Below are positions 7,051-16,298 of a DNA stretch of 64,000 nucleotides, one piece after another. The stretch is from Treponematales bacterium (lineage in GTDB: Bacteria; Spirochaetota; Spirochaetia; Treponematales; JBGSOB01). The stretch covers positions 5,597 to 69,596 of the forward strand of contig JBGSOB010000112.1 of NCBI GenBank assembly GCA_041739325.1, read 5' to 3'. How positions within the stretch are numbered: position 1 is the first letter of the stretch; each line of letters starts with the position of its first letter. A program made the position numbers and the translations under genes. The notes below the pieces were generated by a model. It was not told where the DNA came from and did not search any database. It was given only the letters and a program-made list of their open reading frames with translations.

Positions 7051-9270
7051 ATGAGCATAGCACAGCGCAAAACCATAGGCTTTTTGATCAATTCCATGTC
7101 GGTGGTCACCGAATACGAGTCCGAACTCGTCCGCGGGGTTCACGCGGCGGCTTTAGCCCATGACGCCAATCTCTTAGTCATTGCCGGGGAACAGCTTTCT
7201 GTTTCTTCCGCAGGCGCATCCTGGGCCCTTCCTCAGAATTCCATCTACGCCCTCGCGGGGCCACAGTCGCTTGACGCCCTCGTCATTGGCTATTCGGCAA
7301 TCGGATCCCGCCTTGAGCAAGGGAAGATGGACGCCTTTGTTAGAGCCTTTTCTCCCCTCCCCCTAAGCATCATCGGTCCTGCCCGACCTGGACTGCGCTG
7401 CGGCACGGGTGACAACATTCAAGGTATTCGGGATATCGTGCGCCACCTTGTCCAGGAGCACGGCCGGACAAAGTTCGCCTTCGTGCGTGGTATACGCGGC
7501 ACGGATGGGGACATTCGCTTCGAAGCCTTCCGCCAAGCCCTCAAAGAGCTTGGCCTTGCCTGTGACGAAAAATTGGTCTATGTGGGCGACTGGAGCCGGG
7601 ACTCCGGCAAGGCCGCGGTGAGCGCCTTTCTTTCCACCGCCCTTCCCTTTGACGCGCTTATGGCCGCCAACGACCACATGGCCCTGGGCGCGGCCTCCGA
7701 GCTTATGGCCCGCGGCCGTTGGGTCCCGCGTGACGTCGCGGTTACGGGTTTTGACGACGTGGAGGAGGCAATGGCCTTCAACCCGCCCCTGACGACAGTT
7801 CGCCAACCCGTGGCGGACTTGGGGCGCAATGCCGCGGAACTCCTCTTTGAGCAACTTGAGGGGAAGAATCCCCCCATGGAGCGTCGCAGTCCCACGCAGA
7901 CTATCGTGCGCCGCTCCTGCGGTTGCGAGCTGGACAGCCTCCGTAAGGGTGGCATGGCAGCGGAAGAAGGGGGAAGGGGAGGCATCGGCGAGAAGATAGC
8001 CGAAGGCTTTGCCAAGGCCCTCCTTGACCTGCAATCCGGCGGCAAGGGCTCGGATTACCTGGGTTTTCTTGAGATGGAGATTGCCGCCGCCCAAGAGCGC
8101 TCTGAAAGCTTAGATCCATGGCGCAGGGGTTTGCAAGCCCTCCGCTCGGGCTTAAGCCGCCTTCCCCCCGAGCTCAACGCCCCCGCTGAGGAACTCCTCT
8201 CCACCGGCGACCTCATTGTTCGCGAGATAGAAAATCGGGCCCTGCACTTTAAGCGGGTAGACCTTGAAAAGAGCGAACGAGTCCTGCGCCGCCTCATTCA
8301 GGCTATGGGGGCAGCCTTTGAACTTAAGCAGTTGGACGCAGTGCTTGCCCAGGATCTCCCGGTGGTAGGCATTCCCGGCTACTTTGTAGCCCGTTGGGAT
8401 CGGGGCTCCCAGCAAGCAGGCAATCCTGAGCTGGGTTGCTTGAGCCCCCTCATGTATCGCCTTTCCCATGGGCCGCGCATGACGGTAGGGGAGCTGGGTG
8501 CTGAATTCCCGGCGGCCGAGATCTACCCCAAGGCCCTGCGGCCCAAGGAGCGCTGGACGGCAGTGGCGAGCCCACTCTGCTTCGGCCAAAAGATTCTAGG
8601 CTTGGCCGTTCTTGAGCGCCGCGCGGAAAGCGGAACCCCCTATGAGGCGGTTTTCAGGCAATTGGAAAGCTCTTTGGAGGGCGCTGACTTGCTGGAGTCA
8701 TCGCGGCGCGCCGAAGCCTCGGAGGAAGAGCGGAACCGCAGCGTGCAGGCCCTGGTTCGGCCGATGATGGAAAATATAGACGCCATGGCGCTGGTTCTTA
8801 AGGAGCGCTTGGAGGGCAGCAAGCTCATAGCCTCCCAAACCGCAGAGAGCTCGCGGCGCCTCGAGCGCACCGACAAGCTCTTAGGCGATATCGGCAAGAG
8901 CATCGGCAAGATGGCGGATATCATCCGCATCATCGACGACATATCCGTGAATGTCCACCTTATTTCTTTTAATGCCTCGGTAGAGGCTGCCCATGCCGGG
9001 CAGTACGGGAAGGGTTTTGCCGTCCTTGCCAAAGAGATAAAGAAGATGGCCGCCTCCACCCAAGAGCGCTCGGAGGAGGTGGGGCGTCAGCTTGAGTCCC
9101 TCATCGCCCTCATCCGCAGCGCCCAGGACTCCGGGCGGGGGAGTCTTGAATCCTTCCACTCCCAGGAGCTCTCCGTCCAGGCTTTGGCGCGCTCGTTGGA
9201 CGAGGTTTCTGCCGGAATGCTCGAGCTGAACGATAAGTCCAAGGACATCTTAGGGCTCATGGGCTCCTAG
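7051..9270 (+). CDS. Soluble chemoreceptor: LacI-family/PBP1 sugar-binding-type domain (no HTH) fused to an MCP signalling domain
   Basis: The N-terminus KTIGFLINSMS...ALMAANDHMALGAASELMARGRWVPRDVAVTGFDDVEEAMAFNPPLTTVRQP is a classic LacI-type ligand domain. The C-terminus ISFNASVEAAHAGQYGKGFAVLAKEIKKMA is the MCP hairpin-tip motif. No TM helices are evident. Confidence 0.75.
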   Translation: MSIAQRKTIGFLINSMSVVTEYESELVRGVHAAALAHDANLLVIAGEQLSVSSAGASWALPQNSIYALAGPQSLDALVIGYSAIGSRLEQGKMDAFVRAFSPLPLSIIGPARPGLRCGTGDNIQGIRDIVRHLVQEHGRTKFAFVRGIRGTDGDIRFEAFRQALKELGLACDEKLVYVGDWSRDSGKAAVSAFLSTALPFDALMAANDHMALGAASELMARGRWVPRDVAVTGFDDVEEAMAFNPPLTTVRQPVADLGRNAAELLFEQLEGKNPPMERRSPTQTIVRRSCGCELDSLRKGGMAAEEGGRGGIGEKIAEGFAKALLDLQSGGKGSDYLGFLEMEIAAAQERSESLDPWRRGLQALRSGLSRLPPELNAPAEELLSTGDLIVREIENRALHFKRVDLEKSERVLRRLIQAMGAAFELKQLDAVLAQDLPVVGIPGYFVARWDRGSQQAGNPELGCLSPLMYRLSHGPRMTVGELGAEFPAAEIYPKALRPKERWTAVASPLCFGQKILGLAVLERRAESGTPYEAVFRQLESSLEGADLLESSRRAEASEEERNRSVQALVRPMMENIDAMALVLKERLEGSKLIASQTAESSRRLERTDKLLGDIGKSIGKMADIIRIIDDISVNVHLISFNASVEAAHAGQYGKGFAVLAKEIKKMAASTQERSEEVGRQLESLIALIRSAQDSGRGSLESFHSQELSVQALARSLDEVSAGMLELNDKSKDILGLMGS

Positions 9271-9375
9271 CTAAGTGGTGAAAAAAGGCTATTTTTTGGG
9301 CTTGACGAGCATTTTTACCGAAAATGTCTTATCTTATGGTACTATGAGATATCCAATTTTTCTGAGGAGTTCCTC

Positions 9376-10287
9376 ATGAGACGAATGGTTCTTGCCATTG
9401 TCTGCCTAATTTTGTTGCTTGGCTGCACCGGCACCCCAAAGCCAAAGAATCCCACGCCCAGCCCCGAGGCGACAGCCATCCCGGAGAAAAGCCCGGAACC
9501 AACGCCGAGCCCAAGCCCGACCCCGCACTCCGGGCCAAAGGTAAAGACGATTCGGATTCCCATCCTTGTCAAGGAATCCCGCTTTGTTGACAAAGACCGG
9601 CTGGATCAGTACAGCACCTATAGCTACGATAACGCCAGCGGTCGGCTACTGGGTAAGCAGGTTTTCGACGGCCAGCGCGTCGCCCCCCTTTCCCGCTTTG
9701 TCTATGAATACGACGCGGCAGGGCTTGTGACCTTGGAGACCCAATTCGGGTCTGAACGGGCCGCTAGGTCCAAGATCGCCTACAAGTACGACACAGCCGG
9801 CCGGAAGACCGAGGAAAACCGCATAGACGAGTCGGGCCTGGTCCTTATGTCCTCCCGCTATTCTTATGACGGGGCTGGGAAAAAGACACACTGGAAGATA
9901 TTCTTGGGCGGAGAATCCTTGGCCGCGGAGACCATCTACGAATACACCAACGACCAGGTTTCCCGCATCGTCCTTAAGGGTGGGCGCGGTGAGTACTTAA
10001 GCGGCATCAACATAACCCGCGACAAAAAAGGGCGCGAGGTTAAGCGGGTGAACATAACCGTCCGCGGCATCATCGAGTCCTTTGAGGATTACGAGTACGA
10101 CGGCGATCACTTGTCCAAGGAAATTAAAACCGGTCCTTCCGGCAAGGTTTTGCTTAGCGTGCAGTATGAGTATCAGGGTTCAAGCGCCGTCTTGTCCAAG
10201 AAGACAATACGCAACGCCGCCGGAAAGGTGAAGGAATTCACTACCTATGAGTATGCTTATAAAGAAGTTGAGGTTCCCCTTGAATAA
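9376..10287 (+). CDS. Lipoprotein with YD-type repeats
   Basis: GAGGAG lies before the ATG. There is a signal peptide with lipobox LLLGC, then a Pro/Ser/Thr-rich linker. Repeats follow: YEYDAAGLV, YKYDTAGRK, YSYDGAGKK, YEYTNDQVS, YEYDGDHLS, YEYQGSS. Confidence 0.6.
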   Translation: MRRMVLAIVCLILLLGCTGTPKPKNPTPSPEATAIPEKSPEPTPSPSPTPHSGPKVKTIRIPILVKESRFVDKDRLDQYSTYSYDNASGRLLGKQVFDGQRVAPLSRFVYEYDAAGLVTLETQFGSERAARSKIAYKYDTAGRKTEENRIDESGLVLMSSRYSYDGAGKKTHWKIFLGGESLAAETIYEYTNDQVSRIVLKGGRGEYLSGINITRDKKGREVKRVNITVRGIIESFEDYEYDGDHLSKEIKTGPSGKVLLSVQYEYQGSSAVLSKKTIRNAAGKVKEFTTYEYAYKEVEVPLE

Positions 10288-10309
10288 GCTAGGCAAAGGA
10301 CGGACCAAT

Positions 10310-11485
10310 ATGAGATTTATTGCCCGCGCCCTCGCGGCGCTTATAATCTCCTGTGTAGTAGCTCCTGTCTTCGCTGACGAGGTGACGGATGTTTACAAGC
10401 TTCTCTACACCCAGGCTGAAACCCAGCGGCAGAAGTATATCGCTCTTAAGGTAATGGTAGACTTAAACGACCCTGTTATGGCTACGGTGATGGAAGGCGC
10501 TCTCAAGGACCTTCTTGTCACTGACGCCAGCAGGTTCTCCACCCTTGAGAAGGACTACTACGAAAAAATGCTCATTCTCACCTGTCAGGGTTTGGGTAAT
10601 TTCCTTCATGAGGAATCGCAGGACGACCTCATGTTCGTTGCCAGGACGAATAAGTCGCCGGTCATCCGGTCCGAGGCTTTGATATCCTTGGGCAAGATGC
10701 GCGCTTTTGCCTACACCGACGAGATCGTGCGCATGTTGCGCGACCTGAACAACAACACATCAAGTAGCCGAGAAGAGGCTGAAACCCTTGCCAATGGCTG
10801 TATCATCGCCTTGGGGAAGATGGGCGATATCAAGGGCTGGACCGAAGTCTTCTTTTCTTCCCAGGGTTGGTACTCAAACCGCATCCGTTTTACCGCGGAG
10901 GAGGTTCTGCCCAACATGGTGGATGATCCCACCCCCGCCATTTCTGAGATTATCCGCAAGGAAAGCGTCAAGCTCAAGATCCTTGCCTTGCGCTACGAAA
11001 CACGTTCCAAGGCAAGCCGGGAGAACCGTATCGCGGTGGGCGTGATAGCCTTGCGTGAAGGGATTGCCGCCAAGGCCGGCAACGCCTCGGATAGGGCCCT
11101 GGCAAAGTCTCTGCGCACCTCGGCCATAGAAAGCCTTATCTCGCAAAACGACTCAAGCCAAGAGTCAATGGCTATGTACGACCAGTTCTGGCCCCTCGCC
11201 GACGTAGACGAACGCCTCCTTATCCTCTCCGCCTGCGGCGTGAATAAGGGAGCGACGGCGGCGGCCTTCCTGGCGCGGATCATTGCTGACTTTAACCAAG
11301 ACAAGGCCAATGACGCCTTTGGAGATGACCTTGACCGCCTTACCAAGGCAGCCCTCATCAATGCCGCCAAGACGCGGCACGCCTCACTGGTTCCCGCGCT
11401 AAAAATGATCGCCATGAACTCCAAATGGTCATCCGGGATGGTCAGCGCCGCCAACGAAGCGCTCAAGGAGATCAGCGCCCAGTGA
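10310..11485 (+). CDS. Secreted alpha-helical (HEAT/armadillo-like) repeat protein
   Basis: The ATG at 10310 (AAGGA upstream) gives the signal peptide MRFIARALAALIISCVVAPVFA. The remainder is helical-repeat-like (repeated ...R.EAL.SLGKM... segments). The family is not firmly recognised. Confidence 0.45.
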   Translation: MRFIARALAALIISCVVAPVFADEVTDVYKLLYTQAETQRQKYIALKVMVDLNDPVMATVMEGALKDLLVTDASRFSTLEKDYYEKMLILTCQGLGNFLHEESQDDLMFVARTNKSPVIRSEALISLGKMRAFAYTDEIVRMLRDLNNNTSSSREEAETLANGCIIALGKMGDIKGWTEVFFSSQGWYSNRIRFTAEEVLPNMVDDPTPAISEIIRKESVKLKILALRYETRSKASRENRIAVGVIALREGIAAKAGNASDRALAKSLRTSAIESLISQNDSSQESMAMYDQFWPLADVDERLLILSACGVNKGATAAAFLARIIADFNQDKANDAFGDDLDRLTKAALINAAKTRHASLVPALKMIAMNSKWSSGMVSAANEALKEISAQ

Positions 11486-11535
11486 CGGCTTGACAGCTGA
11501 CGCGCTTACGTGGTTTTTTGTTACTAGGGATAGGA

Positions 11536-11569
11536 ACACCGGGGTAGCTGGCTATCCCGGTGTTTTATT
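11536..11569 (+). terminator. Intrinsic terminator after the HEAT-like gene
   Basis: An 8-bp stem ACACCGGG/CCCGGTGT (11536-11543 and 11556-11563) is followed by TTTTATT. Confidence 0.5.
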
Positions 11570-11608
11570 ATCCGGCCTGAGCCGGCACTAAGAGAGGAAT
11601 GACGGCAC

Positions 11609-12652
11609 ATGACTGAAATCCACGTAGCAACCGAGCGGCCCTATTCCATCCATATCGGTCGCGGAATCCTCGCCAATCTCGGGGGCCTAGCCCGCCTTGA
11701 GGGCCGGAAGGCCTTGATAGTCAGCGACTCCAACGTTGCCCCTCTCTATTTGAAAAGGCTTGAGGCCGTTCTTGATTCCATCCAGGGAATGGCCGGCCAC
11801 GCCTCGGTCGTGTTACGCGCCGGGGAGGCGGGGAAAAACCTTAAAGCTGTGGAGCGCGTCTACCGCGCCCTAGATAAGGCCGACATCGGCCGCAGCGACA
11901 TCCTGATAGCCCTCGGCGGAGGGGTTGTGGGCGATATCGGCGGTTTTGCCGCTTCCAGTTGGAATCGCGGTATCGGCTGCCTTCAAATTCCCACATCACT
12001 GCTTGCCATGTCGGATTCTTCCGCCGGCGGTAAAACGGGCGTTGACTATCGCTTGCGTAAAAACGCAGTCGGTGCCTTTCATCAACCGGAGGCCGTGGTT
12101 ATAGACCTGGACTTCCTAGACAGCCTTCCGCCCCGCCAGCTTTCCAACGGCATGGCGGAGGTAATTAAGTACGGCATGATCGGGGACCCTGAATTATTGA
12201 AAATCCTAAGCGGGGCAGATCCAGATATGGAAGAGGTGGTTGCCCGTTCCTTGCGCGTCAAGGTTGATATCGTGCAACGCGACCCAACCGAGAAGGGCGA
12301 ACGGGCCTTGCTCAACTTCGGGCATACCTACGGCCACGCGCTAGAGGCCCATTACCGCTACCGCCATTGGCTCCATGGCGAAGCTGTGGCCATCGGCATG
12401 GTCTTTGCCAGCCCGGGGCCTGAGCTTGAGGCTCTGCTCAAGCGTTGGGCTCTTCCCCTCCATGACCCGCGAATAGACCCACGGCGCCTCGTTCAGCTCA
12501 TGTTTCAGGATAAAAAGCGGCATGGCAAAATTCTGCGCTTTATCTTGGTGGATCAGCCGGGCAAGGCCTATATCCGTGAGATGAGCCGCTCTGATTTAGA
12601 GGCAAAGGCTCAGGCGGCCCTGGTTGCCAAGGCCGGGGCAGTTAAGGCATGA
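11609..12652 (+). CDS. aroB: 3-dehydroquinate synthase
   Basis: Motifs are GGGVVGDIGGFAAS, KTGVD, NFGHTYGHALE and HGEAVAIGM. Its stop overlaps the aroA start. Confidence 0.9.
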   Translation: MTEIHVATERPYSIHIGRGILANLGGLARLEGRKALIVSDSNVAPLYLKRLEAVLDSIQGMAGHASVVLRAGEAGKNLKAVERVYRALDKADIGRSDILIALGGGVVGDIGGFAASSWNRGIGCLQIPTSLLAMSDSSAGGKTGVDYRLRKNAVGAFHQPEAVVIDLDFLDSLPPRQLSNGMAEVIKYGMIGDPELLKILSGADPDMEEVVARSLRVKVDIVQRDPTEKGERALLNFGHTYGHALEAHYRYRHWLHGEAVAIGMVFASPGPELEALLKRWALPLHDPRIDPRRLVQLMFQDKKRHGKILRFILVDQPGKAYIREMSRSDLEAKAQAALVAKAGAVKA

Positions 12653-13881
12653 AGGCCTTCCTTTCCCCAGCATCCCGCTTAGCAGGCGCACTTGAGGTCA
12701 TACCCTCAAAATCTAGCCTGCATCGCGCCCTCTTTTGCGCCGCACTTGCAAAAGGCAAGAGCAGCGTAGGCCCTCTCGTGCAGTCGAGAGACGTCTTGGC
12801 TACCTTAGATGCCCTCCGTTTTTTAGGCGCCCAAACCCAGCCGGAGAGCGGCTCACGGCTAGAAATCCACTCAGAAGGCCTTTGCCCGCGCGGCGGCGAC
12901 ATAGACGTCCATGAATCCGGTTCCACCCTGCGCTTTGTCATTCCCCTTCTTCTCTGTTCAGATCTGCCCTGCCGCGTCATCGGCCGCGAGGGTTTGGCGC
13001 GCCGGCCCCTCGGGCCCTACCGCGAGCTTTTTTCCCGGCCCGGCTTGGAATATAGGGAGGGCTCAACCGGTTGTCTTCCCCTCGATCTACGGGGTCCTCT
13101 TAAAAGTGGGGACTTCATTCTGCGTGGTGACGTTTCATCCCAATTCATAACCGGGCTTTTGCTCGCCCTGCCCCTTCTGAAAGGAAGCTCGCGCATTCTG
13201 CTTTCCACCGAGCTTGAGTCCGCGGATTACGTGGCAATGACGCTGGAAACCCTAGCCCAAGCTGGTATCGTCGTGAAGCCTATTCAAGCCGGAGAGGTTA
13301 CCGGCTATGGAGGCTATCTTGTGCCCGGCTCTCAAAGTTACCGAGCGGGACGCTATGACGCCGAGGGAGATTGGTCCGCCGCCGCCTTTTGGGTTGTCGC
13401 CAATACCTTGGGTTCCCGCGTCAGCCTGAGCGGCTTGCGCTCTGATTCCCTTCAGCCCGATTCGCAAGTGACGCGGATATGCGCGGAAAGTCCGCAGGAG
13501 ATTGATCTCTCCGCTTGCCCGGATCTTCTTCCCATCCTTTCAGTCTGGGCGGGGCTTTGCGGCCACCCGGTGCGACTGCGTGGCTGCGCCCGAGTGCGGA
13601 TAAAGGAGTGCGACCGGGTAATGGCTATGGCTCGTGAGCTGAACGCAATCGGGGGCCGGATACGAGAACTCCCCGACGGCTTGGATATCGAGCCGGTGAG
13701 CGCCTATGAGGGAGGCCTTGTGAATGGGTGGAACGACCACCGCGTCGTCATGGCCTTGGCAATCGCCTCCCTTGCTTCTCGCTCGGAAATCGTCATCGAG
13801 GGCGCACAGGCCGTTGATAAATCCTACCCTGGCTTTTTCGATGACTTCAAAAAATTAGGGGGGAGCTGTCATGTCGAGTAG
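12649..13881 (+). CDS. aroA: 3-phosphoshikimate 1-carboxyvinyltransferase (EPSP synthase)
   Basis: Motifs are IPSKSSLHRALFCAAL, ESGSTLRF and DHRVVMALAIA. The length (410 aa) and operon context also fit. Confidence 0.9.
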   Translation: MKAFLSPASRLAGALEVIPSKSSLHRALFCAALAKGKSSVGPLVQSRDVLATLDALRFLGAQTQPESGSRLEIHSEGLCPRGGDIDVHESGSTLRFVIPLLLCSDLPCRVIGREGLARRPLGPYRELFSRPGLEYREGSTGCLPLDLRGPLKSGDFILRGDVSSQFITGLLLALPLLKGSSRILLSTELESADYVAMTLETLAQAGIVVKPIQAGEVTGYGGYLVPGSQSYRAGRYDAEGDWSAAAFWVVANTLGSRVSLSGLRSDSLQPDSQVTRICAESPQEIDLSACPDLLPILSVWAGLCGHPVRLRGCARVRIKECDRVMAMARELNAIGGRIRELPDGLDIEPVSAYEGGLVNGWNDHRVVMALAIASLASRSEIVIEGAQAVDKSYPGFFDDFKKLGGSCHVE

Positions 13882-14962
13882 CATTGGGCGCGAACTGCGC
13901 TTTAGCATTTTTGGCGAATCCCACGGGCCGGGCATCGGCGCAGTCCTCGACGGTCTGCCGGCGGGTATCCCCATCGACCTCGATTCACTGGCTTTTCAAA
14001 TGGGCCGCCGCAAGCCCGGTTCCAGCCGTTTGTCCACAAAACGCAAAGAGGACGATCAGGTAGAGTTTTTCTCCGGCTTCAATGAAGGTCGAACGACGGG
14101 TGGTCCCCTTTGTCTTCTCGTGCGGAATTCAGATCAGCATAGCTCGGACTACGATGCGGATATCCCGCGCCCCTCCCACGCCGACCTAGCCGTCTGGCTC
14201 AAGGAGGGTGGGGCAGCTGATATGCGCGGCGGCGGCCGTTTTTCCGGCCGCCTTACCGCTGCCACGGTTGCCGCCGGTTCGGTGGCGCGCCAGGTCCTCG
14301 CTAGGCGTGGCATCCATATAGGCGCCCACCTTCTTCGCATCGGTGAGCATGTTGACGCCGCCTTCGATGATTCCGCCGGTCCCGAGCTCTTTGAGCGCTT
14401 GGCCGCGGACTACCTACCCACCATTGATCCGCTGGCTGCGACGCGGATGGCCAGTTTGATAGACAAGGCGCGAATGGACATGGATTCGGTGGGCGGTGCC
14501 GTTGAGCTTCTCTGCCTGGGCCTTCCTCCCGGTTTGGGAGAACCCCCCTTTGAGGGGGTGGAAGGCTCCCTTTCTCAATGGATCTTCGGGGTGCCGGGGG
14601 TAAAGGCTCTTGAATTCGGAGCTGGCATTTCTCTCTCTTCCATGCGCGGTTCCCATGCTAATGACGCCATCGGCATGGTTGGCGGAAGGCCGCGGCCCCT
14701 CACAAATCGCTCGGGTGGCGTCAACGGCGGCATCTGCAACGGCAATCCACTGCGTCTGGCGGCCTATATGCGTCCCACCGCCTCCATTTCCGTCGCGCAA
14801 CGCAGTGTCAGCCTCTCGCGCAGTGAAGACACCGAACTAGTCATCCACGGCCGTCACGATCCCTGCATCGTCCCGCGGGCGGTGCCGGTGCTTGAATCCG
14901 CTTGCGCCCTTTGTTTGCTTGACTTGCTTATACAGTTCGAGGGTCGCGCATGGATGCGCTAA
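13871..14962 (+). CDS. aroC: Chorismate synthase
   Basis: Motifs are FGESHGPGIGAVLDGLPAG, GGGRFSGR and RHDPCIVPRAVPV. Confidence 0.9.
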   Translation: MSSSIGRELRFSIFGESHGPGIGAVLDGLPAGIPIDLDSLAFQMGRRKPGSSRLSTKRKEDDQVEFFSGFNEGRTTGGPLCLLVRNSDQHSSDYDADIPRPSHADLAVWLKEGGAADMRGGGRFSGRLTAATVAAGSVARQVLARRGIHIGAHLLRIGEHVDAAFDDSAGPELFERLAADYLPTIDPLAATRMASLIDKARMDMDSVGGAVELLCLGLPPGLGEPPFEGVEGSLSQWIFGVPGVKALEFGAGISLSSMRGSHANDAIGMVGGRPRPLTNRSGGVNGGICNGNPLRLAAYMRPTASISVAQRSVSLSRSEDTELVIHGRHDPCIVPRAVPVLESACALCLLDLLIQFEGRAWMR

Positions 14963-14993
14963 TGGCGCCTATGGATAAGCGAAGGGCTAGGCC

Positions 14994-16298
14994 ATGAAAC
15001 GCTACGCTCTCTTGGGAAGGAAGATATCCTATAGTCGTTCTCCCCTCATCCACGCTTACCTGGCCCGGGAAACGGGTATCGATATCGAGTACGGACTCTA
15101 CCAAACCGAGGACCCTTCATCAATTTTTGAGCAGGGACTTGATGGCTTCAATATCACCATCCCCTACAAGCAGGCCCTGCTGGATTCCCTTTCAAGCCTG
15201 GATCCCATCGCTTTGCGGGTAGGGGCGGTGAACACGGTTTCTCGCGTCGATGGCGGATGGAAGGGCTTTAACACGGATTACTCAGGCTTTTTATCCCTGC
15301 TTGAGCGCGCCGGGATAGAGGTGGCCGGCAACTGCTTTTCCATTCTCGGCTCCGGCGGCGCCGCTCGCGGCGCGGCACTTGCCTTGATGGATTCCGGGGC
15401 CGCGAGAGTGCGGGTTTTTTCTCGCTCGGCAGAGCCTGCCTCTATGGAATTGACCGATGCTTCCGGCCTGGCGCGGCATGTGGAAATCCTCCCCTATTCG
15501 CGCTTACAGGAATTACCGCCTTCAGTCATCGTCAACGCCACTCCCCTTGGAACCGAGCCAAACCAGGAAAATCCACTACCCTCTGAAGGCTATGAAAAAT
15601 GCCTTGCCGCGGTCGACCTCGTCTACAATCCCTTTCTCAGCCCCTTTTTGCGTGAGGCGGTTTCCAGGGGCATCCCCAGCGCGGACGGTTTGGATATGCT
15701 TGCCGTTCAAGCAATGCGCGCCTTTGAGATTTGGCAGGGCATACGCCTTGGCCGGGAGCTGGAGGACAGAACCCTGCGCATGCTCAGGCTGCGTTCAGCC
15801 GCCGGTATCGCCTTAGTGGGAATGCCGCTTTCTGGTAAATCTACCCTGCTGGCATCACTTGCGCTGTCAGACAGACAAGGCCTTCGCGTCGCCGATCTTG
15901 ACGATGAAATTGTCAAAGACGCAGGGAAAGATATTCCTGCGATATTCGCCACTGAAGGGGAGGGCGGCTTCCGCTCGCGTGAGCATGAAATTTTAGGGCG
16001 CCTGACCGGGGCACCGCATATCATTGCCTGCGGCGGTGGCGCCCTGACCCGCAAGGAAAATTTGGGCTTGCTTCGCCACTCCCTTATTGTTTACCTTGAC
16101 TTAGATCTGGATGAGCTCAAGCAGCGTTTCCTGCGTTCAAAGCCGGGTAGCCGGCCCTTACTGAAGTCTGAGGCGGACCTTGAGCCCTTGTTCAAAAAAC
16201 GCTTGCCGGTTTACCTATCGGCTTCCCGGGAGCGCCTGAAGCCCGAAGCGGCGCTTGACCTCATCAAGCAGTGGTTGGAGGTTCGCGATGCGCGTTGA
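14994..16298 (+). CDS. aroE: Bifunctional shikimate dehydrogenase / shikimate kinase fusion
   Basis: The N-terminal 270 aa have SDH motifs (ISYSRSPLIHAY, NITIPYK, GFNTDYSGF, GSGGAARG). The C-terminal 160 aa have the shikimate kinase P-loop GMPLSGKST plus GGG(A) (CGGGAL). Confidence 0.85.
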   Translation: MKRYALLGRKISYSRSPLIHAYLARETGIDIEYGLYQTEDPSSIFEQGLDGFNITIPYKQALLDSLSSLDPIALRVGAVNTVSRVDGGWKGFNTDYSGFLSLLERAGIEVAGNCFSILGSGGAARGAALALMDSGAARVRVFSRSAEPASMELTDASGLARHVEILPYSRLQELPPSVIVNATPLGTEPNQENPLPSEGYEKCLAAVDLVYNPFLSPFLREAVSRGIPSADGLDMLAVQAMRAFEIWQGIRLGRELEDRTLRMLRLRSAAGIALVGMPLSGKSTLLASLALSDRQGLRVADLDDEIVKDAGKDIPAIFATEGEGGFRSREHEILGRLTGAPHIIACGGGALTRKENLGLLRHSLIVYLDLDLDELKQRFLRSKPGSRPLLKSEADLEPLFKKRLPVYLSASRERLKPEAALDLIKQWLEVRDAR

